A DNA stretch of 64,000 nucleotides, taken from positions 11,707 through 75,706 of the forward strand of contig JAJRPF010000008.1 in assembly GCA_024280885.1 (NCBI GenBank), given 5' to 3'. Shown here piece by piece: positions 1 to 8,122 of this stretch. The position numbers and the translations under genes are program-made. Within the stretch, counting starts at the first letter, position 1. Every line of letters starts with the position of its first letter. Source of the DNA: Planctomycetota bacterium. GTDB taxonomy: Bacteria; Planctomycetota; JAJSAM01; JAJVHW01. The notes under the pieces were generated by a model. The model made no database searches and was not told the DNA's origin. It saw nothing but the letters and a program-made list of their open reading frames with translations.

Positions 1-1739
1 CCGCCGTGGCGCAGCGACCAGATGTCCTTGAGCGCCCATGGAGCCCAGCCCTTCTTCTCGATGATCTCGGCGAAGATCCAGAGATCCTTCATCCGGTTCT
101 CGAGGGGCACCATCCAGGTGAACTTGCCGTTCTCTTCGGTGTGCGAAGAGAAGAACTCAGCGAAGCCCTCGGTACTCCATAGCGGGCGTGTGAGCGAGTC
201 GAGCCAGCGCGGTGGGCGGCCGATGATCTTGCGCGTTGTATCCCACGTATAGAAGTGCACGAGTTGGTGCGTCGCTTCGTGGCATTGCACCTGGTTCGTG
301 GACTCCTGGGACTCGCCTTCGCCGTCGGCGCCCTTCTCTCCATCGCCTTCGTACGTCGTGATGAAGCGCGGCTCCTGCTTGGAGTAGTACGCGCGCGCGC
401 TGCCGGGTCCACCGACCTGGCGGATGTACTCGTAGTAGGAATCGCTGTCGGCGAACACGTTGGCCTTCAGGATGGTCGCGTAGTCCACCGAGTCTTCGGT
501 GTAGCGCTCGAAGCCGAAGATCGGCGCGATCTGCGTCATCCAGCCTTCGTACATGTTCTTGAAGAGGTCGATGTTGCGGTCGAGGATCTTCTGCGCCGTC
601 GCGACGGCCTCGGGGTCCGCATCCTCGATGACGGTCCCCTTCTCGGACTTGATCTCTACGAAGAGAAGATAGGGCCCGACGTGTGCGCTGACTGTCGGGT
701 GATCCTTGAACACCTCGAGCGTGCGGCGGTACGCGATCCACCGCGCGCGGCCGAACGCGGCGTCGGAGTTCGCGAGCTCCTGCTCGCCTGCTTCGACCTC
801 GGCGAGCAGCTCGTTAATCTGCGCGAGCTCCTCGCCCTCGGCCCACCACTTCTTCTTCCCGTTGTCACCCGCGTGCTTCTTGATCAGGCGGCCGAGTTGG
901 ACGACCGACTCGAGTTGGACGTCGTCGGCGAGTTCGCACTTGCGCAGGACGCGGCGTGCCTTGGAGGAGACCTCCTCGCGGCCGAGGACCTGGTTCGCCC
1001 ACTCGCTGGTCGGCGTGCGCGCGACGTAGAGACGCGCCAGGCGCTCGAGGCCTTCGCGTTCGTCGCGGTCGCGGAGGAACGTCGCCGTCTCTTGGACGAT
1101 CGAGTCCGACTCGGTGTTGGCGCGTGCGACCATCATGTTGACGCGGTCGGCGCGGACGTTCGCGGCGAGCATGGTCCACGCGGCCGGGTCCTTGTCCGGG
1201 TCACCGCCGCCCGCGGCGACGCCGGTTCCGTCGGCGGCCGGGGACCCGCCGATAGTCGTCGCCGGGGGGAGCTCGTCGCCGCCCTTCATCATGAAGAAGG
1301 CGATCACCGCGACGACCAGAAGACCGCCGCCAGCGAGCATCGGGACGGGTAGGGTCTTCTTGTCGGTGCGGGGGGCGTCGTCGCCGCGTGTAGCGCGCTG
1401 CCTGCCCCGGCTGCGCCCGCGCGGTTCCGGCTCGGACTCGGGCGGTGGGGCCGCGCGGCGCGCGGCGGGTTTCGCCGTGCGACCGGCGCCTGCGCGGCGT
1501 CCGGTGGATGCCTGTGCGCCGCGCGCTGCTGCGGGGGGCGTCCGTTTCGCGGCGGGCCGCGCCGGGGATGTGCCCGGGGATCTGCGCTGCGCGGGGCGTG
1601 CGGCCTGAGCGGGCTGCGCGGGCGGGGCCGTCGGCACCTCCACGACATGCCCGCACTTGCTGCAGGTGAACGTCTCATACTGTGCGACGGCGGCCAGGGG
1701 GAACTGGCCTCCGCAGCCGGGGCAACGAACCGTGGACAT
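1..1739 (-). CDS. partial CDS (first 579 codons; continues past window start): MJ0042-type zinc ribbon + one TM helix + HExxH putative metallopeptidase domain (DUF1570/peptidase-MA-like)
   Basis: Manual minus-strand translation from ATG at 1737-1739. MSTVRCPGCGGQFPLAAVAQYETFTCSKCGHVVEV is a CxxC..CxxC ribbon; LLVVAVIAFFMM is hydrophobic. YYSKQEPRF...VQCHEATHQLVHFYTW aligns with the AGYYSPGE...LAHELTHHW segment of the paralogs at 12859-15738 and 25406-28294. Absent from the ORF track because it runs off the window edge. Confidence 0.7.
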   Translation of the reverse strand, partial: MSTVRCPGCGGQFPLAAVAQYETFTCSKCGHVVEVPTAPPAQPAQAARPAQRRSPGTSPARPAAKRTPPAAARGAQASTGRRAGAGRTAKPAARRAAPPPESEPEPRGRSRGRQRATRGDDAPRTDKKTLPVPMLAGGGLLVVAVIAFFMMKGGDELPPATTIGGSPAADGTGVAAGGGDPDKDPAAWTMLAANVRADRVNMMVARANTESDSIVQETATFLRDRDEREGLERLARLYVARTPTSEWANQVLGREEVSSKARRVLRKCELADDVQLESVVQLGRLIKKHAGDNGKKKWWAEGEELAQINELLAEVEAGEQELANSDAAFGRARWIAYRRTLEVFKDHPTVSAHVGPYLLFVEIKSEKGTVIEDADPEAVATAQKILDRNIDLFKNMYEGWMTQIAPIFGFERYTEDSVDYATILKANVFADSDSYYEYIRQVGGPGSARAYYSKQEPRFITTYEGDGEKGADGEGESQESTNQVQCHEATHQLVHFYTWDTTRKIIGRPPRWLDSLTRPLWSTEGFAEFFSSHTEENGKFTWMVPLENRMKDLWIFAEIIEKKGWAPWALKDIWSLRHG

Positions 1740-1904
1740 ACGTCTTCTCCTCGCGCGGCGCTTCTTGCTCGATCCTCTTCAGACGACCCGGGCACGGTGA
1801 AGCGGAAGCCTCGCGTCCTGCTGAGCGTATCCTGCCGGGGGCCGACCGTCGTTGATCGAATCCCCCAAGCAGGGCTTGGACAAGTAGAACGTGGAGTTCC
1901 CGTC

Positions 1905-2597
1905 GTGAAGCAGCCTGAAATCACAGATCGCGGCGTCCTTTTCGATCTCGATGGCGTCCTGATCGACTCCGAGCGGCTCTACTATCGCGCCTACTCGGCG
2001 GTCCTGGCCGAGTTCGGCGTCTCCGTGACACCCGAGGTCTACGGCAAGGAGTGGATCTCCGCGGGCACCGGGCCCGAGTACGCGGTGGCGACCTTCGATC
2101 TGCCGATCACGCCGGAAGAGGTGCGTGCGCGCAAGAACCCGATCTACAGCAAGCTCCTGCGGGAAGAGGTCGCGCTCATGCCCGGGGCGAAGCAGGCGCT
2201 CGCGCGGCTGGCGGCCCGGTATCCGCTCGTACTGGCGACGAACTCGCGCGAGGGCGACGTGGACATGGTGCTGGAGCGCTTCGGCATCCGCGGGTTCTTC
2301 ACGGACGTCGTGACACGCGGTCGCTATGCGCGTCCGAAGCCGGCGCCCGATGCGTTCGTGACGGCTGCGGCTGCGATCGGATTGCCGAATGCGAGCTGCG
2401 TCGTGATCGAGGATGCCTGGAAGGGTGTGAAGGCCGCGAGCGTGGCCGGGTCACCGATTGTCGCCGTGCCGCATGAGTTCACGGCGGCGAACGATTTCAG
2501 TCTGTGCGCGAAGGTCGTTTCGTGTCTGGATGACGTGACGGCGGAACTGATCGACGAGGTGCTGGGCGACGGCTCCGTCGCTACGGTGTCCGCATGA
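1905..2597 (+). CDS. HAD-superfamily hydrolase (beta-phosphoglucomutase-like)
   Basis: GTG start is residue 87 of ORF 1647-2597, with GGAG 8 nt upstream. Motif I VLFDLDGVLIDSE. The N-terminal 86 codons of the track ORF overlap the upstream minus-strand gene and are low complexity. Confidence 0.8.
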   Translation: MKQPEITDRGVLFDLDGVLIDSERLYYRAYSAVLAEFGVSVTPEVYGKEWISAGTGPEYAVATFDLPITPEEVRARKNPIYSKLLREEVALMPGAKQALARLAARYPLVLATNSREGDVDMVLERFGIRGFFTDVVTRGRYARPKPAPDAFVTAAAAIGLPNASCVVIEDAWKGVKAASVAGSPIVAVPHEFTAANDFSLCAKVVSCLDDVTAELIDEVLGDGSVATVSA

Positions 2598-3079
2598 GCG
2601 ACCCGAGTAGCCCGCGAGACAAGATCAGTCTGCAAGCGCGCCTGGCGCCGAAGAGTGTGTGCTTCGGGTGCGGCCCCGCGAACGAGAAGGGGCTGCGGAT
2701 CGAGAGCTTCGTCGATGGCGAAGAGGTCGTCTGTGACTTCACCCCGGAGCCGCATCACCACGCGTTCCCCGGTGTTCTGAACGGCGGGATGGTCGGAACG
2801 TTGCTCGACTGTCATTGCAACTGGACGGCGGCGTATCACCTGATGGAGGCGGCGGGCGACGGGGAGTTGCCGAGCACCGTCACGGCCGAGTACACGATCA
2901 AGATGCTGCGCCCGACACCGATGGACGGCGTGTTGCATTTGCGCGCGCGCATTGTCGAGATGAAGGGCTCGCGGGCCGTCGTCGAAGGCGAGATCCACGC
3001 GGGTGGGAAGATCACGGCGACGTGTCGCGGGACGTTCGTCGCGGTGAAGACGGGCCATCCGGCGTATCACCGCTGGTAG
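2594..3079 (+). CDS. PaaI/4HBT-family hotdog thioesterase
   Basis: CFGCGPANEKGL and hotdog-fold length (161 aa). ATGA overlap with the upstream HAD gene suggests translational coupling. Confidence 0.8.
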   Translation: MSDPSSPRDKISLQARLAPKSVCFGCGPANEKGLRIESFVDGEEVVCDFTPEPHHHAFPGVLNGGMVGTLLDCHCNWTAAYHLMEAAGDGELPSTVTAEYTIKMLRPTPMDGVLHLRARIVEMKGSRAVVEGEIHAGGKITATCRGTFVAVKTGHPAYHRW

Positions 3080-3081
3080 AG

Positions 3082-3159
3082 GGTGAGAATACTGTGCCGG
3101 GCTCGTTTTTCTCAGGCGCGTCGAGGGGAGAAAAACGAGCCCGGCACGGTATTCTCACC
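3082..3159. repeat. long inverted repeat between convergent genes: 29-bp arms (one mismatch), 20-nt loop
   Basis: ggtgagaatactgtgccgggctcgttttt ... aaaaacgagcccggcacggtattctcacc. Lies exactly between the stop codons at 3079 (+) and 3172 (-). Arms are AT-richer than the surroundings. Confidence 0.6.
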
Positions 3160-3171
3160 AACAGACCGAGA

Positions 3172-4884
3172 TCACCGGATGTATGCGCGGATCACCTTGC
3201 CCGTTCTGTCCAGCAGCTTGACGCGCCCGTTCTGTGCCACGGCAACGCGCCCTCCGGCGACGTTGACGACGTTGCGCCATACGTTTCTCGCGTCGGGGAG
3301 TTCGACACGCGCTCCCGTTTCGATCTGCAGCAGTCCGGAGTCGGTGCGCACCCACGGGCCAAACCCGTTCGGCATCGCGAACGCTTGCTCGTCTCTGGCG
3401 AGTCTCGCCGTCGCGCGCGTTCCCACGATGGCGCCCGTCTCGCTGTTGACCGTGCTGTACGAGGCGGAGCCCTTCGCGAACTCGTAGACATGTACGAGGC
3501 CGGCGAGTTCGTCGAGGCGCCCCGTCGCCGTCCCGGTGACGGGGATGCTCAGGACGTCGTCGCCGGATTGCAGGTCGCGCAAACGGAGAGAGTCGTCGTC
3601 CGTCTGCTGGAACGCATGGTGCGGGCGCACCGAGAGCTTCGTCCCTGCTGGCACCTCCATCGATCGCCCGGCCCACTGAACGGACGTGTGGCTGCTACCG
3701 TCCTTTTCGCGGCCTGACCATGACGAGCCCCACCACGCGTCGTTCTGGCCGCGCCAGCCTGCGCGGTGTTTCTCCATGACCTGGCTCTCGGCGCTGAGCT
3801 GATCCCAGGAGCGGCTCTTCACCGACAGTCCGTCGGTCGGCTCGACCCAGCGCATCACTGCACGCTTCACGTCGTTGGCGTTGGAACCCGGCCAGCGAAA
3901 GAGATCGCACTCCCAGACGCGGAACGTCCCTGCGGCGGTCCACGCGGGTTCGGCCGGGATCACGTACGTACCGTCTACGACGTGCACTGCGCCCGACTCG
4001 ACGTTTACGATCCACACATGTGCCCGGCGTGCTCCAAACCGCTTCACATGCAAGGCGAGGTAGCGTCCGTCTGGCGACGGGTCGATCCGGTAGATATTCA
4101 CGTCCTCATCGCCGGGCACGAAGCTGGTGTGAGCTTCGACGGTCGCGATTGCCGCGGCCCCCGTCGGGACGCCGATGCAGATCGGGATCAGCAGCGCGAG
4201 GGCCCACTTCCTGACGAGCGAACGACTGTGGATGGGTCCGCGCGTGAAAGCGACGAGCGAACCGGCCAGAAGCAGCGCGCTGATGGTCGCCGGGACGGCG
4301 ACGAGGATCGTGTCGCCCGCGTCGATCCCGAGTGCCCAGAAGTCGATGCTCCACATCGCGAACGCCGGAGCTCCGACGGTGGCGACGCCCGCGACCGTTG
4401 CGGCGAATCCGCGGGGGAGGAGCGTGGAGAAGAAGAGGGCCGCGAACGCGGGGACGAGCGCGATGGGAGTTCGGGCGATCGCCTCGCCGCTTGCGCCTTG
4501 CATTGCCGTGTTGGCGGCGCCGCTGGCGCGCAGAGCGTAGAGCGCTGTTGTGACGGTCAACGCGTACACACCGAATGCGAGCGTCGCGACGACGAGGTGT
4601 GTGACCTTCGCGGCCCAGATCCGACCGAGGCCCGTCGGGAGACTTGCGAGAGCGTCCATCCGGCCGGTGGAGACATCGCTTGCCACCAGGTCAGAAGCGA
4701 TGAGCAGCCCGCAGAGCGCGGCTGCCGCCGTCCCGAACCAGCGCGCGGTCGATGCGCCGTACGTGTAGTGCCCGAAGAACTCCTCGTAGGCGATCAGGGC
4801 GAGGGGGGCGATCACGGCGAGCACGACGATGAGCGCGCGCGTGTCGCGGGCTTCTCTGCGGAGGAGGGGCAGGAAGGTCCGCAT
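3172..4884 (-). CDS. ABC-2-type permease fused to a C-terminal extracytoplasmic PD40/TolB-like beta-propeller domain
   Basis: N-terminal ~250 aa is a multi-TM region. C-terminal ~320 aa contains IYRIDPSPDGRYLALHV. Paralogous to the next gene. Confidence 0.7.
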   Translation of the reverse strand: MRTFLPLLRREARDTRALIVVLAVIAPLALIAYEEFFGHYTYGASTARWFGTAAAALCGLLIASDLVASDVSTGRMDALASLPTGLGRIWAAKVTHLVVATLAFGVYALTVTTALYALRASGAANTAMQGASGEAIARTPIALVPAFAALFFSTLLPRGFAATVAGVATVGAPAFAMWSIDFWALGIDAGDTILVAVPATISALLLAGSLVAFTRGPIHSRSLVRKWALALLIPICIGVPTGAAAIATVEAHTSFVPGDEDVNIYRIDPSPDGRYLALHVKRFGARRAHVWIVNVESGAVHVVDGTYVIPAEPAWTAAGTFRVWECDLFRWPGSNANDVKRAVMRWVEPTDGLSVKSRSWDQLSAESQVMEKHRAGWRGQNDAWWGSSWSGREKDGSSHTSVQWAGRSMEVPAGTKLSVRPHHAFQQTDDDSLRLRDLQSGDDVLSIPVTGTATGRLDELAGLVHVYEFAKGSASYSTVNSETGAIVGTRATARLARDEQAFAMPNGFGPWVRTDSGLLQIETGARVELPDARNVWRNVVNVAGGRVAVAQNGRVKLLDRTGKVIRAYIR

Positions 4885-4885
4885 C

Positions 4886-6571
4886 TCAGTTCTCCTGCTT
4901 CGGGGCGTAGACGGTGCGGGGGTTGGTGCCGTCGAGGTTCTGGATCTCGATGCGACCGTCGATCGTCAGTTGAATGACGCGGCGATCGGGGAGAACGCGG
5001 GCGCCGAGGAATGGATTGCCGGTCCACGCCTGGACGCTGGCGTACGTCGCTTGTGTGGCGAGGTCCAGGATGACGCGTTCGCCATCGTCGTCGCGAAACA
5101 CGAAGCGATCGTCAGAGCCGCCGCCGGGGAACCACGGAATACCGTGTGATCCGTCATCGACGACAGAACCCGTCTGCACATCTACGATGGTCGATCCGGT
5201 TGGGGAGTACATTCTCACGTACGCGCCGGTGGGCGAGAACGTCGCGTTGATGAACCGTTCGCGAGCGCGTTCTGGTGCACGAATGATCCGCGACGTGCCG
5301 GCGACGAGATCGTGAAGATGCACGCCCGCGGTGTCGGTGTAGAGCGCGTAGCCGGGAAGGCGCGAAAACTGGGGACTTCGGCTCACCGGCAGTGCACATT
5401 CCACGCCGGTGGCGGAGAGCGTCACGATCATGTCTGCGCCTTCGATGCGCGTCGTCGCCCAGTCAACGAACGGATAGAGGCGACCGGAGTTGACCTGTTT
5501 CGCCGACCGCGTCTCAAGGACGACGCCGGTCTCCTGGTCATAGAGGCGGTACAGGCTGGCGGTGCTTGTGTCGCCCGGCGTCCAGGCCCGGTACGCGCCG
5601 TCGTCGGCCCACGGGTTGCTCTGGTCGGCGCTCAGGTTGAGCTCTCCGAGTTGGGCGAGACTTCCGTCCTCGAGGTCGAGGATCCAGGTGCGAAGACTGG
5701 CGAACTTGTGCGGCTTCGCCGCGAGGATCACGAGGCGTCGGCCGTCGGGGGATACGTGACCGAGGGCAAGCCGCAAGCCCGGATCGTGGGGTTCGACGTC
5801 GAGTCGCTGTGAGAGTACGGCGGCCGAGATCGCTCCGGCCGGGAGAAGGACGACGATGGGGATGATCGCCGCAATGGCGAGTCGGCGCCAGACGGACGAG
5901 GTGTGCTGCGGAGCACGTACGAAGGCGAGTAGAGAACCCGCGAGAAACACGGGCGGCAAGGCGAGGAGCGCCGTTGCGACGGCCTCGTCGTCGGGCACCA
6001 ACTCCGGCGAGATCCAGTGGAGCAGCGGGATGGTGCCGCCGATCGCCGTGCACGTGACGACAGCGGCGCCGACGACGGCGAAGCCGCGTTCGAGGACGGT
6101 GGACCAGAACACGACGGTCGCGACGGCGAAGAGCGTTGCGTAGACCGCCATCGGGGGGAGTCGCGACAGTTCCACGAGGAACTGCGTGTTGGCCTCGGCG
6201 GGCGCGAGTGTCGCGTAGATGGCGGCGCAGGATGTGACGGTCCAGACCGAGAACGCCGCGCCGATCAGTAGCAGGAACGTCAGCTTCGACGCCCAGAGCG
6301 AGGACCAACGCGTCGGGAGGGCGGCGAAGGCGCGGGCGCGCTTCGTCGCGATGTCGGCGGCGATGATGTCCGCGGAGATGACCGCCAGGAAGAGGCCGAT
6401 GCAGACGGGAACGTACGTGGCGGCGGCGATGTCGCCGCGCCAGTCGAGGTAGCCGTACTCGATCGCGAGCAGACCGCCGGGGACGAGCAGCGCGCACGCG
6501 ATCGTGAGCGCGCGGACGTCGCGCCACTCCTTGTGGAGCAGTGCGAGTTGGGTCCTCAGGAAGCGTTGCAC
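4886..6571 (-). CDS. ABC-2-type permease with C-terminal PD40-like domain (paralog of 3172-4884)
   Basis: Same architecture. LGHVSPDGRRLVILAAKP motif. Only a 1-nt gap to the downstream paralog. Confidence 0.7.
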   Translation of the reverse strand: MQRFLRTQLALLHKEWRDVRALTIACALLVPGGLLAIEYGYLDWRGDIAAATYVPVCIGLFLAVISADIIAADIATKRARAFAALPTRWSSLWASKLTFLLLIGAAFSVWTVTSCAAIYATLAPAEANTQFLVELSRLPPMAVYATLFAVATVVFWSTVLERGFAVVGAAVVTCTAIGGTIPLLHWISPELVPDDEAVATALLALPPVFLAGSLLAFVRAPQHTSSVWRRLAIAAIIPIVVLLPAGAISAAVLSQRLDVEPHDPGLRLALGHVSPDGRRLVILAAKPHKFASLRTWILDLEDGSLAQLGELNLSADQSNPWADDGAYRAWTPGDTSTASLYRLYDQETGVVLETRSAKQVNSGRLYPFVDWATTRIEGADMIVTLSATGVECALPVSRSPQFSRLPGYALYTDTAGVHLHDLVAGTSRIIRAPERARERFINATFSPTGAYVRMYSPTGSTIVDVQTGSVVDDGSHGIPWFPGGGSDDRFVFRDDDGERVILDLATQATYASVQAWTGNPFLGARVLPDRRVIQLTIDGRIEIQNLDGTNPRTVYAPKQEN

Positions 6572-7533
6572 GGCGTCACCTCCTGCCCGTTCTTCGGAGT
6601 TGTCTCGGTGGCGCGGGCGGCGGCGCGGAACACGTGTTCGAGGTCGCGAGTCAGCCGATTGATGGACGCCACCTTCGCGTCCTCGCGCAGCGCCTTCTCG
6701 TAGGCGGGGTGGAAGTCGATGTAGGTGAGGACGACATCGGCGCCATCGCGTTCCGTGGCGGGGTGCCCCGGTGCCGACCAGATGGCGTTCGCGTCGTGGA
6801 GCGTGACCGCCATGCGGACGGACGAGCGTTGCAACTCCTCGAGGTCAGAGTCGAGACGGATCACGCCCTGCTCCATCAGCGCGACGCGATCGGCGACGCG
6901 CTCGACGTCGGTGATCGAGTGTGTGACGACGACGACCGTGCGACCTTCTTCGCGAAGATGTCCGAGGATCGCGGTGAGCACCTCGTGTCGCACGATCGGA
7001 TCGAGTCCGCTGAACGGCTCGTCGAGGAGCAGGAGTTTCGGGCGGTGCGCGAGCGCTGAGATCAGCGAGTGCTTCGCGCGCTGCCCCTTCGAGAGCGTCG
7101 ACACGTTCGCACGCGGATCGAGGTCGAGTTGCGCGCAGAGCTGCGTCTCCTCGTCGCGACTCCACGTCGGATAGAACGGCTCGAGGAAGCGGAACCAATC
7201 CTCGACGCGCATCCACTTCGGGAGCTCGACGCCGTCCTGGACGTAGCCGACCTTCGCGCGGATCGCTGGACCCTTGCGGGCGGGGTCGAGTCCGAGCACG
7301 CGAATGTGCCCGGCCTTCGGGACGAGCCAGCCGGTGAGGAGGCGCATGAGCGTCGTCTTGCCCTCGCCGTTGCGGCCGAGCAGCGCAGTTACACTCCCCC
7401 GCGGAACGCAGAGATCGACGCCGTTCAAGACGTTGTTCTTGCCGAAGCGATGGTGGAGTGCGTCCACCTCGATCACATAGTCGTCGTCCATGTTCACGGT
7501 GTTCGCTGTGCGTACTGTGTGTGCGGTGTTCAT
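6556..7533 (-). CDS. ABC transporter ATP-binding protein
   Basis: Walker A GRNGEGKTT, signature LSKGQRAK, Walker B LLLLDEP. AGGAGG 8 nt upstream of the ATG. 16-nt overlap with the downstream permease. Confidence 0.85.
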   Translation of the reverse strand: MNTAHTVRTANTVNMDDDYVIEVDALHHRFGKNNVLNGVDLCVPRGSVTALLGRNGEGKTTLMRLLTGWLVPKAGHIRVLGLDPARKGPAIRAKVGYVQDGVELPKWMRVEDWFRFLEPFYPTWSRDEETQLCAQLDLDPRANVSTLSKGQRAKHSLISALAHRPKLLLLDEPFSGLDPIVRHEVLTAILGHLREEGRTVVVVTHSITDVERVADRVALMEQGVIRLDSDLEELQRSSVRMAVTLHDANAIWSAPGHPATERDGADVVLTYIDFHPAYEKALREDAKVASINRLTRDLEHVFRAAARATETTPKNGQEVTPCNAS

Positions 7534-7922
7534 TGAGTCACCTCCTGCGTGGCGCCTTGCAGCAAGCGGCTCACGAGTCGTTCGATTTCTTGGGGGGAGA
7601 GGCCAGCGGCGAGCGCCTCCTCGACGGCGCGAGCGAGTCGCTCACCGAGCAACTTGCGCGTGCCGATGCGGCAGAGCTTCGGGGCGTCCGGGGCGACGAA
7701 TACGCCCGAGCCACGCCGCGTCTCGACCGTGCCGTCGCGCTCGAGTTCGCGATACGCGCGGGCCACGGTGTTGGGGTTGACGAGCGCCTGAGCGGCGAGA
7801 CCCCGTACCGACGGCAGCTTGTCACCGGCGCCGAGGCGTCCGCCGGCAACGGCAAATCGCACCTGATCGGCGATCTGTTCGCTGGGCGGCGTAGGCGCCT
7901 TGGGATCAACCTCGATCCGCAT
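7530..7922 (-). CDS. GntR-family transcriptional regulator, short YtrA-like subfamily
   Basis: 130 aa. HTH LPSVRGLAAQALVNPNTVARAYRELERDG. ATGA overlap with the ABC ATPase gives the YtrA-type regulator-ABC operon layout. Confidence 0.85.
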   Translation of the reverse strand: MRIEVDPKAPTPPSEQIADQVRFAVAGGRLGAGDKLPSVRGLAAQALVNPNTVARAYRELERDGTVETRRGSGVFVAPDAPKLCRIGTRKLLGERLARAVEEALAAGLSPQEIERLVSRLLQGATQEVTQ

Positions 7923-7960
7923 GGTCGTGCTCCTTCGACCGGAACACCAAGTCCCGGGAA

Positions 7961-7982
7961 GTGTGCTATCGGCCTAGTACAC
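7961..7982. promoter_or_regulatory. 22-bp near-perfect palindrome GTGTGCTATCGGCCTAGTACAC about 40 bp upstream of the GntR start: candidate autoregulatory operator
   Basis: Half-sites GTGTGCTA / TAGTACAC with one mismatch. Position is right for a YtrA-type operator. Confidence 0.4.
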
Positions 7983-8005
7983 CCACACGGTTAAGACCAA
8001 AACCC

Positions 8006-8109
8006 AGACCGGGTCGGCCTTGGGGCCTTATAGCCTCAAAATGCCGGGTTCGGATCCACGGCGGCGTTGGAGAGTTGAGGCTATAAGGCCCCAAGGCCGA
8101 CCCGGTCTG
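8006..8109. repeat. inverted pair of the 34-bp element AGACCGGGTCGGCCTTGGGGCCTTATAGCCTCAA forming a ~104-bp hairpin (MITE/REP-like)
   Basis: Direct copy at 8006-8039, inverted copy at 8075-8109, ~35-nt spacer. The same 34-mer recurs at 29217-29250 and 38005-38038. Confidence 0.7.
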
Positions 8110-8122
8110 TTACGTGGGGCTG

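Noticed and set aside
255-1352. 365-aa plus-strand ORF (and several others at 89-1656) opposite the partial HExxH gene
   Set aside because: Arg/Ala/Leu-rich low complexity typical of antisense frames in high-GC DNA. The minus-strand frame gives a coherent domain protein with motifs.
3766-4977. 403-aa plus-strand ORF and 5538-6527 minus ORF overlapping the ABC permease genes
   Set aside because: Arg/Asp/Gly-rich and no domains. The permease frames have TM helices and PD40 motifs.
8041-8070. gccgggttcggatccacggc resembling a tRNA T-arm (GGTTCGAATCC)
   Set aside because: No acceptor, D or anticodon arms can be built. It is simply the loop of the inverted MITE pair.
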